Below are positions 56,138 to 64,000 of a DNA stretch of 64,000 nucleotides, piece by piece. The stretch spans positions 8,448 through 72,447 of the IMG/VR virus record IMGVR_UViG_2511231028_000004; one strand, 5' to 3'. The notes under the pieces were generated by a model. It saw only the letters and a program-made list of their open reading frames with translations, was not told the origin of the DNA and made no database searches. Positions within the stretch are counted from its first letter, which is position 1. Each line of letters opens with the position of its first letter. Made by a program: the position numbers and the translations under genes. The DNA is from a virus. Its lineage: Duplodnaviria; Caudoviricetes.

Positions 56138-57556
56138 ATGGCTGGCATCACGGCTGCGCGGGTCAAGGCCATCGCCGGGCCCGGCGCGCGCAACGATCTC
56201 GTCAACGCCATCGTGCGCGGCTGGCCGCAGGCGGTGGCGAAGGCCAAAATCACGACCCGGCTGCGGGCCTGTCATTTTCTCGCGCAGATCATGACCGAGA
56301 CGGGCGGTTTGCAGATCCTGAGCGAGAGCGGCGCCTATCGCTATGAGACGATCCTGAAGATCTTCGGGGCGGCGCAATATGCGCGTCAGTATGGCGGACG
56401 AGGCCATTCCGCCGGGATCGGGCCCGACGAAGCGCGGCGCATCGCGAGCCTGCCGGTCGACCAGCGCGGGCCGGTTCTGTTCAACCGCGTCTATGGCGTC
56501 GGCAACCCGGCCAAGGTCCGCGAGTTCAACAACACCGGCCCGAACGACGGCTGGCTCTACCGCGGCGGCGGCATGATGCAGGCCACAGGCAAGAGCAACT
56601 ATGCCCGGCTGGAGAAGAAGACGGGACTGCCGCTGGTGGCGCATCCCGAATTGCTGCATCAGCCGGATTCCGCGTTCGTCGCCGCGTATCTGGAATGGGG
56701 GCAGGACGGACGCTGCAACGCCGCCGCCGATCGCGACGACGTCAAGGGCGTCCGCCGCATCATCAACGGCGGCGAGAACGGGATTGCCGCATGCGAGACG
56801 TTCCTTGCGCGGGCCAAGCAGGTCTTGCAGGACTACCAGCCTCCGGCCGTCGATCATCTGACGCCGGCTACGCCTGATCCATCGGCCGCCGATACCGGCC
56901 CGGCCGCGCCCTCTATGCCGGATGATCCTGCGCCGGCGGCGCCATCCGCGCCGGTCGCAGCGGACGTGCAGGGCGATCCGGAATTGTTCTCGGTGCAGAA
57001 GCGCCTGAAGGCGATGAACTACACGCCGGGCGTCCTGACTGGCGTCTGGGGCGGCATGACGGCTGGCGCACTCGCCGGCTTCATCAATGACCGTCAGGCG
57101 GCAATTGCCGTGCCCGCATCGGTCGAGGCTTTTGGCGCGGAACGCGAAGCCATCAAGGCCGAGCTCGCCCGCGCCGAAGCCGAGCATTTCGTCAGGCCGG
57201 TGACAGCGGCGCGGGCCAATGGCGACGTTGCAACCGTCACGTCCGTGGCGCCGGAGGCCGCGCCCGTGCGCCGCAACTTCCTCACAAGCCTCTGGGTCAC
57301 CATCACCACGGCTGCCGCGGCGGTCTGGTCGACGGTACAGGACAAGGTGCAGCAGGCGTGGGCCTTCGTCTTCGACCACAAGGACGATATTCCGACCGAT
57401 CCTGGCACGCTGTCGACCGTATGGTCGTATGTCGAGAAGGTGCCGACCTCGTTCTGGCTCATGCTGCTCGCCGGCGTGCTTGCCTTCATCACGCTCGATG
57501 CAGCCCGCGGCCTCGCCAAGATCAAGCAGGCCGTCCAGACCGGAGCCCGCCAATGA
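56138..57556 (+). CDS. Endolysin: GH19-like domain, peptidoglycan-binding domain and C-terminal TM segments
   Basis: HFLAQIMTETGG, YRGGGMMQATGKSNY, RRIINGGENG, VQKRLKAMNY...GVWG. Confidence 0.85.
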   Translation: MAGITAARVKAIAGPGARNDLVNAIVRGWPQAVAKAKITTRLRACHFLAQIMTETGGLQILSESGAYRYETILKIFGAAQYARQYGGRGHSAGIGPDEARRIASLPVDQRGPVLFNRVYGVGNPAKVREFNNTGPNDGWLYRGGGMMQATGKSNYARLEKKTGLPLVAHPELLHQPDSAFVAAYLEWGQDGRCNAAADRDDVKGVRRIINGGENGIAACETFLARAKQVLQDYQPPAVDHLTPATPDPSAADTGPAAPSMPDDPAPAAPSAPVAADVQGDPELFSVQKRLKAMNYTPGVLTGVWGGMTAGALAGFINDRQAAIAVPASVEAFGAEREAIKAELARAEAEHFVRPVTAARANGDVATVTSVAPEAAPVRRNFLTSLWVTITTAAAAVWSTVQDKVQQAWAFVFDHKDDIPTDPGTLSTVWSYVEKVPTSFWLMLLAGVLAFITLDAARGLAKIKQAVQTGARQ

Positions 57557-57843
57557 TCGTCGAATTGATTGCATCCGCCGCCGCGCGCTTCGGTGGTTTG
57601 AGCTTTGCCATGAAGGCACTGATCGCGCTCGCCTTCGCCGCGACCGTTGCGCTGACCGTGACCTCGGTCTACGGCATCTGGCATCACAAGGTCTACAAGA
57701 GCGGTTACGACCGCGCGATGCTCGACATCGCCCGCGCCGACGACAAGGCGATCGATCGTGCTTCGACCCTGCGCAACGGCTATGTGGCGTGCCATGCGCT
57801 TGGCCGCAACTGGGATCAGTCGACCGGGAGCTGCGGCAAATGA
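57553..57843 (+). CDS. Probable i-spanin-like membrane protein
   Basis: N-terminal TM helix; after the endolysin and overlapping a lipoprotein gene. Confidence 0.55.
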   Translation: MIVELIASAAARFGGLSFAMKALIALAFAATVALTVTSVYGIWHHKVYKSGYDRAMLDIARADDKAIDRASTLRNGYVACHALGRNWDQSTGSCGK

Positions 57844-58343
57844 AGCGCCTCATCCTGATGGCGCCGATGGCGCTGCTGTTGGCCGGCTGCGCATCCGAGA
57901 GCCTGAAGGGCTCGATCGCGGGCGGCGAATGCCGGATCTTCGAGCGGCCGTCCTATGCCGTCCGCGGCGTCAAGCCATATGACCAGGACTGGATCGACCG
58001 GCAGGTCGAGGGCGGCGTCGGCGGCTGCGGCTGGCATCGGCCGGCGCCGCGGCCGGCCGAGATCGATGCGCCCGGCGCTGCCACGGTGAAACCGGTGCCG
58101 GTGAAGCGTCGGGGCATCATGGCGCGCATCAAGTCCGCGGTGCAGAAGACGCCGATTGCAGCCCCGCCGATCGCGCCGGTCCCGGCCTCGCCGTCCGAGG
58201 CGGTGCCGGACGCAACGCCACCTGTCCCCGTGCCTGAGGCCAAGCCGCACGATGTGCCGGCTGTCCCGCCGCCGCCGCCGCGGACGCGGCTCGAGCTGCT
58301 GCTCGATCCCAGCGGGCCCGCCGTGACAGGCACCGGGCGGTAG
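57840..58343 (+). CDS. Probable o-spanin-like lipoprotein
   Basis: MKRLILMAPMALLLAGC lipobox, Pro-rich tail. Confidence 0.6.
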   Translation: MKRLILMAPMALLLAGCASESLKGSIAGGECRIFERPSYAVRGVKPYDQDWIDRQVEGGVGGCGWHRPAPRPAEIDAPGAATVKPVPVKRRGIMARIKSAVQKTPIAAPPIAPVPASPSEAVPDATPPVPVPEAKPHDVPAVPPPPPRTRLELLLDPSGPAVTGTGR

Positions 58344-58345
58344 CA

Positions 58346-58720
58346 GTGGTGGCGGATCACGAGACCAACGCCGTGCTGCTCAGCATGGCAGAGAAGATCG
58401 GCCGTCTCACGGCGTCGCTGGAAGCTCATACCAGCCAGTGGCGCCAGCAGGACGAGAAGGCCTCGCAGGGCCGCAGAGACACGCATCAGAAGATCGACGC
58501 GATGCGCGCGGAGATGCAGAAGCTCGACGGCCAGCTGACCACGGCGATCAAGGACATCGCCGACATGAAGCCGACGGTCCAGACCGTCAAGAACGCGGAG
58601 CAGCAGGTCGCCGGCGCGACGTGGATGAGCAAATGGCTCTATCGCGCCGCGATCCTGGCCACCGGCGGCGCTGCATGGGTGGTCCTCAAATATCTCAACA
58701 TCACGGTAGCCCTGAAATGA
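58346..58720 (+). CDS. Coiled-coil protein with C-terminal TM (holin-like)
   Basis: Heptad pattern then WLYRAAILATGGAAWVVL. Confidence 0.55.
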   Translation: MVADHETNAVLLSMAEKIGRLTASLEAHTSQWRQQDEKASQGRRDTHQKIDAMRAEMQKLDGQLTTAIKDIADMKPTVQTVKNAEQQVAGATWMSKWLYRAAILATGGAAWVVLKYLNITVALK

Positions 58721-59238
58721 AGCTCGAACCGAAACTGCTCTACGAGATGCACGGCTTCGAGCTGGGCTTGCAGAAGGTGCTCGTCGCCGCCGCGATCGTG
58801 CTGGCGCTGCTGGCGTTCGTGGTCGCGATCGTGGAAGCCCGGCGGCGCCCGCCGGCGACCGAGCTGGCGCTGCTCGGCGGCATCGCGATGGTCGCGGCGA
58901 TCGTCGCCGCGGTGCTGGTGCTGAGTGCCTCGGCCGGTCATTCGTGTGGGCGGCGGTTCTCCGGCGTTGCTTCCTATTATTCCAACGGCGAGAGCGGCAG
59001 CCGCACGGCCTCCGGCGCGCGTTTCAACGATGCGCTGCCGACCGCCGCGCATCGCTGCCTGCCGTTCGGCACCAGGCTGCGCGTCACGCGCGCCGGGCGC
59101 TCCGTGATCGTCACCATCAACGATCGCGGCCCGGCGGCGTGGACCGGCCGCGTGCTCGACCTGGCGCGGGCGCCGGCGGCCTCGCTCGGCATGCTCGGCG
59201 CCGGCATCGCCCGGATCGAGGCCGAAGTGATCGACTGA
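58717..59238 (+). CDS. rlpA: RlpA-family lytic transglycosylase (double-psi barrel) with N-terminal TM helices
   Basis: GVASYY, TASGARF, TAAHRCLPFGTRLRV, VTINDRGP, RVLDL. Confidence 0.9.
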   Translation: MKLEPKLLYEMHGFELGLQKVLVAAAIVLALLAFVVAIVEARRRPPATELALLGGIAMVAAIVAAVLVLSASAGHSCGRRFSGVASYYSNGESGSRTASGARFNDALPTAAHRCLPFGTRLRVTRAGRSVIVTINDRGPAAWTGRVLDLARAPAASLGMLGAGIARIEAEVID

Positions 59239-59278
59239 CGCCGCGTTCGACATCGCAACAAACCAGAGGGGTTCAATC

Positions 59279-59722
59279 ATGTGGGGACTGTTCGTCGCCG
59301 CGCTGCTGCTGCTCGCGGGCATCTGGTGCGCGATCCAGCGCTTGCGCGGCCTTGCCGCCGTGCTGATCGCGGTCGCGCTGTCGCTTCTGGTGACCAAGGC
59401 CTTCGCCCGCGATGACGGCCGCTATGCCAATTCCGCGCTCAAGCCCTGGTTCGACAGCTTGCGCAGCGGCAAGGGCCCGTGCTGTTCCGATGCCGACGGC
59501 TATGTGCTCTCGGAGGTCGACTGGGAAAGCGCCGACGGCCGCTACCGCGTTCGCGTGCCGATCAGCAATGACGAGGCCGACAACAATGTCCTCATCTGGG
59601 TCGACGTTCCTGAGGATGCCGTCATCACCGAGCCCAACCGCGCCGGCCGCACCATGGTCTGGCCGATCTGGGGATTTCAGGGGCCGACGATACGCTGCTT
59701 CATGCCGGGGTCGATGACGTGA
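59279..59722 (+). CDS. Exported Cys-containing hypothetical protein
   Basis: Hydrophobic N-terminus, GPCCSDADG, RCFMPG. Confidence 0.7.
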   Translation: MWGLFVAALLLLAGIWCAIQRLRGLAAVLIAVALSLLVTKAFARDDGRYANSALKPWFDSLRSGKGPCCSDADGYVLSEVDWESADGRYRVRVPISNDEADNNVLIWVDVPEDAVITEPNRAGRTMVWPIWGFQGPTIRCFMPGSMT

Positions 59723-60039
59723 GGTTAGTCGATCTCGATCCCCAGTGGATCATGAAGGACGGCGAGCGAGTGGGTTTCACCTTCTTCAGTCCGGTCCAGT
59801 CCGCAGGCATGGGCAAGAGCCGGTGGCGCCAAAGCTGTTTTCCAAACCCGACGCCCACGGACGAACAATTCGAGCTGCTAGGCGATGCCCCTGTGCAGCA
59901 TTGCAACCCGTCCTGTGGGTGGAAGATCGCCGGCGGGATCGATGTGGCGAGTTTCGAAACGATGACAGTGACGCCGTCGATCGACGGTAGCGCTGGCGGG
60001 CTCTGGCACGGCTTCATCACCAACGGCGAAATCCGGTGA
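59719..60039 (+). CDS. DUF6527-like hypothetical protein
   Basis: C-terminal TVTPSI...WHGFITNG signature. Confidence 0.55.
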   Translation: MRLVDLDPQWIMKDGERVGFTFFSPVQSAGMGKSRWRQSCFPNPTPTDEQFELLGDAPVQHCNPSCGWKIAGGIDVASFETMTVTPSIDGSAGGLWHGFITNGEIR

Positions 60040-60458
60040 GCCGTCTACCCATCCGCATCAAGCCGCGCCGCGTAAAACACTGCTATGTCGGCGCGCCGGC
60101 GATCTTTCGGCTCGAGATCGCGTGCCAGAAGCTCGAGGATGCGTGGCCGGACGCCTTCGGCTGTTACCTCGTCGGCTCCTGCCTGGAGCGTCCGGACTTC
60201 CGTGACGTCGACGTCCGGATGATGATGAAGGACTACGATTTCACGCGCGAGTTTCCGGACTGCCATTCGCTCGACGGCCACTGGGAGCACGATCCGAAGT
60301 GGCTGGTAATGACGGTGGCGATCACCGGATGGCTGCGCGAACAAACGGGCCTGCCGATCGATTTCCAGTTCCAGCCGCAGACCTTTGCCAATAAGCATCA
60401 CAGCGGCACCCGGCATGCGATCGGGATACGTTACGCCTCTCGCCGAAAGCAAGGGTGA
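60036..60458 (+). CDS. Minimal Pol-beta-superfamily nucleotidyltransferase
   Basis: YLVGS-x8-DVD motif and a later PIDFQ acidic strand. Confidence 0.7.
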   Translation: MSRLPIRIKPRRVKHCYVGAPAIFRLEIACQKLEDAWPDAFGCYLVGSCLERPDFRDVDVRMMMKDYDFTREFPDCHSLDGHWEHDPKWLVMTVAITGWLREQTGLPIDFQFQPQTFANKHHSGTRHAIGIRYASRRKQG

Positions 60459-60503
60459 GGAGACCTCGACGTCTCCTCGATCGTGTCAAACCTCCTCAAA
60501 CTG

Positions 60504-60541
60504 AAGTCCGGCGCGGGGTGCCCCTCGCGCCGGACTTTTTC
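60504..60541. terminator. Bidirectional terminator between convergent genes
   Basis: AAGTCCGGCGCG...CGCGCCGGACTT stem followed by TTTTT. Confidence 0.7.
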
Positions 60542-61328
60542 ATTCGGGCGTCCAGTGCGGCCGCAGCTGAAATCCGCCCAGCTCGAACGTTGGCGCTGTT
60601 GGATTCCACATATCGAGGACCTCGAACCGATCTTTTTCCGAGAACATGCGGCGATCGTGCTTGGTCGGTCCGACGATTTTGAGAAACCGCTCGGTTCCGG
60701 ATTCGTCCGAAAGCCGAAAAAGATCGCCGGGCTTGATCGCGCGCGCTTCTTCGCCCGCGGGCAGGAGATGAAACTCTGTCCCGCCGTCATGAGTCTCATA
60801 TCCCTTGATCCAGCCGAGGTCCTCGAGACGTTCGAACTTGCGGATGTTCGAGCCGGCGGGGGCGACATATCCGGGATTGAAGGCGGTTGACATGAGTAGC
60901 TTGCGGTCCGTTGCGGTCGGTCGCAACGGCTGGTATTCGAGGACGGGCGTATCCGTGCTGCCGCTGACATGTTGCGTGAGCTTGATCTCCGCATCGTCGG
61001 GTAACAGCGAGATCGCGATCGCGATTGCCTGATGATGAGCCGCGCTTGAAGGGAACCTGAACGCCCGCGCCTCTTCGTCGTCGCGGGGAAGGCCGATAAC
61101 GAAGACATTTCCCCGCGGCGTCTGTAGCAGTTGCTCGGCGAGCTTGGCGCCGGCTGCGTGAATCCCGCGTGACAACGTCTGCAACTCATTGATCGCCCAG
61201 CTCGGCGCCGGCCTGCGGTCGCTCGACCAGGACTTTACCGTGTCCAGCCTGGTGCCGTGTACGTGTTCGGCCGCCTCAGCCTGTGAGATCCCGCAGGCCT
61301 CGCGCAAGAGATTGTAGACGCTCGTCAT
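60540..61328 (-). CDS. XRE-type HTH protein with an uncharacterised C-terminal domain
   Basis: LREACGISQAEAAEHV...DTVKSW. Confidence 0.7.
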   Translation of the reverse strand: MTSVYNLLREACGISQAEAAEHVHGTRLDTVKSWSSDRRPAPSWAINELQTLSRGIHAAGAKLAEQLLQTPRGNVFVIGLPRDDEEARAFRFPSSAAHHQAIAIAISLLPDDAEIKLTQHVSGSTDTPVLEYQPLRPTATDRKLLMSTAFNPGYVAPAGSNIRKFERLEDLGWIKGYETHDGGTEFHLLPAGEEARAIKPGDLFRLSDESGTERFLKIVGPTKHDRRMFSEKDRFEVLDMWNPTAPTFELGGFQLRPHWTPE

Positions 61329-61369
61329 GGCGTCGCTCCTTTTCGTTCGATTGATGCAGGTGAAAAGGT

Positions 61370-61393
61370 GCGGCTCCCGTTTCCGGGAGCCGC
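61370..61393 (-). terminator. Intrinsic terminator hairpin
   Basis: Minus strand GCGGCTCCCG-GAAA-CGGGAGCCGC then ACCTTTT. Confidence 0.65.
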
Positions 61394-61399
61394 TGTCGC

Positions 61400-61696
61400 T
61401 CAGTTGTGGTCGTGATCGAAGCGCTCGTCATAGGTCTGGCGCTCGCTCATCATCCCCGCAGCCCGCAGGCCAGCGACGGCCTTGGTGTAGCGGGAGGCGC
61501 GGCGGCGATCCGGAATCCGCTCGGTCACTTCATCGGGGTGGAAGTTCATGATGCGAGCCATCCCAACGATATGCTGGCGGGTGATCTTGCCGTTGACCGC
61601 CAGCTTTTCGAGATAGGCGAGGCCGATGCGCTCGGCGCGGTCGCGCAGGGCCTGTACCTCGTTGAGCGGATTGCGCTTGCGGAAGAAGTTGAACAT
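61400..61696 (-). CDS. Hypothetical protein
   Basis: 98 aa, GGAG Shine-Dalgarno, own promoter. Confidence 0.65.
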   Translation of the reverse strand: MFNFFRKRNPLNEVQALRDRAERIGLAYLEKLAVNGKITRQHIVGMARIMNFHPDEVTERIPDRRRASRYTKAVAGLRAAGMMSERQTYDERFDHDHN

Positions 61697-61748
61697 GTAA
61701 GGACTCCATTTCCTTGTTCAGCATCGGGCCAATCCCAACGCTGAAAAC

Positions 61749-61776
61749 AGTGTACACGCCGAGTGTACAAAGTCAA
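61749..61776 (-). promoter_or_regulatory. Sigma70-like promoter overlapped by two TGTACA palindromes
   Basis: Minus strand TTGACT-16nt-TACACT; AGTGTACA repeated at 61749 and 61762. Confidence 0.55.
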
Positions 61777-61780
61777 CGCC

Positions 61781-62059
61781 CTAACGAATAATCCGAAAAG
61801 ATTTTGCGCGCTTGCTCCGCTCGATCGCCGGCGACGGCTTCCCGGTATTGAGTGCGCGCATCAAGCCGATGCGGGCGAGCATGGTATCGCCGCCGCGCTC
61901 GGCGACCAGCAGGACCGCCTCGGTCGCCGCCTGCCATTCCGGCCGCTTCTGGGCCGCTGCCGGCAGCGCGGCGATATACTCGCCGGCATCGAGCAGCGTC
62001 AGCAGCTGGCGTCCGTCCGGCAGCGCGATCGGCTCGTCGAAGGCGGCGGACCAGCTCAT
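61781..62059 (-). CDS. Hypothetical protein
   Basis: MSWSAAFDEPIALPDGRQLLTL..., ATGA overlap. Confidence 0.7.
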   Translation of the reverse strand: MSWSAAFDEPIALPDGRQLLTLLDAGEYIAALPAAAQKRPEWQAATEAVLLVAERGGDTMLARIGLMRALNTGKPSPAIERSKRAKSFRIIR

Positions 62060-62382
62060 CCGCGCCGATGCCAGGGCCGCGAGCGGTCGGCATCGATTGC
62101 GCGGGCCTGCCGGATCTCGTCATAGCTCAGCTGGGTTTGCACCTCCGTCCATGCGGTCCGGAAGTCGATCTTGGCCGCCTCCAGGCTGCCGGCGCGTCCG
62201 CGATGCGCGCTTCGCTGCGGAACATTCGGCAGGCCGCAGGACCATTGCCAACCGTCCTTGCCGCCAACGGCGACCGTCTTGAAGATGCGGCCGATGGTGA
62301 TGCCGTCCCAGATCACGACATAGTCGCCGGGGACGGTCTCGCCGCCGATCACGGTGCGGCGCAGGGTGAGGTCGTCGGGCAT
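62056..62382 (-). CDS. Hypothetical protein
   Basis: MPDDLTLRRT..., typical codon usage. Confidence 0.65.
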   Translation of the reverse strand: MPDDLTLRRTVIGGETVPGDYVVIWDGITIGRIFKTVAVGGKDGWQWSCGLPNVPQRSAHRGRAGSLEAAKIDFRTAWTEVQTQLSYDEIRQARAIDADRSRPWHRRG

Positions 62383-62436
62383 GGTGGCGGTATGCCGTGA
62401 GAACGTCCCCGGAACAACTGATCCTGTTTTAGTGGC

Positions 62437-62523
62437 TGGCAAAACCGCTCCCGTTTGCCATCCGTGCCGACTTTGCCAACCTGCGCAGGACAGAAAGTTC
62501 TTTTGTTTTCAATCGTATTCCGG
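62437..62523. other. att-arm region with putative integrase arm-binding repeats
   Basis: TGGCAAA (62437) and TTTGCCA (62454, 62472) plus an AT-rich tract beside the tRNA 3' end. Confidence 0.5.
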
Positions 62524-62595
62524 TGCCGGCTGAGGGGATTGAACCCCCGACCTTCGGTTTACAAAACCGCTGCTCTACCGCTGAGCTAAGCCGGC
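62524..62595 (-). tRNA. Host tRNA-Thr(TGT), probable prophage attachment site
   Basis: GCCGGCT TA GCTCAGCGGTAGAGC A GCGGT-TTTGTAA-ACCGA AGGTC GGGGG-TTCAATC-CCCTC AGCCGGC A; followed by CCG rather than CCA. Confidence 0.95.
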
Positions 62596-62755
62596 AATCC
62601 TGGAATCCGGGCAGGGCGGCAGGCGTCGGGCCCTCCGCCCGTGCGCGCCGCAATATCAGACGTGGTTGGAAAGGGCCAGAACCTCCGCGCAGATTGCAGT
62701 CATGAATCAGGCGGCCCGAGGGCCGCCTGATCCGTTTCGCTCAACGCAAATCCGC

Positions 62756-63235
62756 TTACTGGCACAGATGCGGGCGGCCGTCCTCGCCCTTGAAGTACGT
62801 GCCCGGCGTGCAGACGAAGCCGTTGCGCTGGGCATAGCTGCGGGTGTCCCAGCCGCGGTTGTCCCAACCACGATTATCCCAGCTGTCGTCGTAGGCGTAG
62901 CTGTTGTCCCAGGCGCGGGCAGGCGCTGTTGCAACCGCCGCCGCAGTGCCGATCGCGGCGCCGGCTACGCCGGCCGCGACGTCAGTCGGCCAGAAACCGG
63001 TGCGGCTCCTGTTCCAGTCGTTGTTCCAGTCGCCATTGCTCTGGCGGTAGGCCGCGCGGCGCTGGCGAGTGCCGCTGTCGGTGTAGGGATTGCCGGGGCC
63101 GAGGTTCTGGCAATTGGCATTCGGGAATTGGGCCGAGCAGCGTGCCGGATTGGTGACCACCGCTTGTGCCATGGCGGAGCCGGCCAGCATGGTCGATGCG
63201 ACCGCAACGGCGCCGAGGAGTTTCAGTTTCGTCAT
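62756..63235 (-). CDS. Host exported hypothetical protein
   Basis: MTKLKLLGAVAVASTMLAGSAMA signal peptide; WDNRG repeats. Confidence 0.75.
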   Translation of the reverse strand: MTKLKLLGAVAVASTMLAGSAMAQAVVTNPARCSAQFPNANCQNLGPGNPYTDSGTRQRRAAYRQSNGDWNNDWNRSRTGFWPTDVAAGVAGAAIGTAAAVATAPARAWDNSYAYDDSWDNRGWDNRGWDTRSYAQRNGFVCTPGTYFKGEDGRPHLCQ

Positions 63236-63514
63236 TATGCGTCTCCCGTCTAAGTGATGGGGGCTAAACATCGGCGCCGGTGGATGTTCCGACCAAACAG
63301 TTGGATTTCGCGATACAGCGGTCAAACGGGTGTGAGCGCTTGGAAAGGGTTCCGGCGCGTCCCTGCACCTCGTTAACGCTTCGCTAGCTCGCGTTGCGGC
63401 ATTTGAGCGGCGCGCAATCCTTGCACGTTAGGCTTACCGGAAGTTGGTGAGCGGACCTTAACCCTCTCTGCGTCCCGATCGGATAGGTTGTGGCCGGATA
63501 ATTGGGATCTCCTC

Positions 63515-64000
63515 ATGCGCGCCATGGTGCTCGCCGCCATTCTGATCGGACTGCCGGCGACGGCGTTTGCCGGCGGCGGCTTCGATATCGTCGTTCCCGG
63601 CCGCCCCGGTGTGCCCATCATCATCAATGGTATCGATGCGTCCTACACCGTCGTCGAAGGTGTCTGGGGCCTCGGCAAGAACGTCCAGGTGCAGCCGACC
63701 ATCTATGGCGGGCGCTATGTCGCCGAGCGGCAGCCCGCCGAGGTCGGACATTATTATCCGACGCTGGGCCTGCGGCCCGGCTACGGCCGGCTCGAGGTCG
63801 AGCCGCCCGCGAACCGCAAATTGCCCAAGCCTGCCGAGAGCTATCATCAAAGCTGGGGCGCGCAATCGGCGCCGTTGCCCGCGCAGATGGACGTTCCCGT
63901 CGATCCGCCGCCGGTGATCCTCGCGCCCGAGATCAACGACCGTCCGCGGCGTCCTCGGCCGCGGCCGCACGCAGAAATGCCCGTCAAACCGCCGGGTTAA
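63515..64000 (+). CDS. Host exported hypothetical protein
   Basis: MRAMVLAAILIGLPATAFA signal peptide. Confidence 0.7.
   Translation: MRAMVLAAILIGLPATAFAGGGFDIVVPGRPGVPIIINGIDASYTVVEGVWGLGKNVQVQPTIYGGRYVAERQPAEVGHYYPTLGLRPGYGRLEVEPPANRKLPKPAESYHQSWGAQSAPLPAQMDVPVDPPPVILAPEINDRPRRPRPRPHAEMPVKPPG

Larger units (their letters stand above)
1..62595. mobile_element. Integrated temperate prophage (long non-contractile tail, HK97-type head); left boundary and integrase outside the window
   Basis: Full lambdoid gene order (repressor/cro, replication, terminase, portal, protease, capsid, tail, lysis) ending at a tRNA-Thr gene; genes beyond it look like host genes. Confidence 0.95.

Noticed and set aside
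61781-62442. Integrase or excisionase next to the att site
   Set aside because: No R-H-R-Y or serine recombinase motifs; the integrase is presumably at the unseen left end
62523-62705. 60-aa ORF (and 62429..62653) over the tRNA
   Set aside because: Translation of the tRNA-Thr sequence

Overview
Nearly the whole window (1 to about 62595) is a temperate, siphovirus-like prophage with an HK97-type head, in a high-GC alphaproteobacterium (Bradyrhizobium-like, inferred from composition and flanking genes). It ends at a host tRNA-Thr(TGT) on the minus strand at the right. The left end and the integrase lie outside the window. Gene order is: leftward early genes (C5 methyltransferase), a cI/cro switch with paired operators, a ~750-nt highly structured non-coding region that encloses a tRNA-Met(CAT), and a long early/accessory operon containing a complete diversity-generating retroelement (target with VR, hairpin, avd, TR, RT). 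Then come ParB-like and methyltransferase genes, primase and helicase with an origin-like repeat array, a NusG-like antiterminator followed by a tRNA-like RNA, HNH/terminase/portal, a collagen-like protein, protease, capsid, a sugar-modification cassette inside the head module, tail genes, a membrane glycosyltransferase moron, lysis genes including RlpA, and right-end accessory genes. The most notable items are the DGR with all-adenine TR/VR differences whose Mtd-like target sits far from the tail module, the candidate giant ncRNA, the tRNA-mimic element and the candidate virion-glycosylation cassette. All family names are assigned from motifs recognised by eye; no database searches were run.
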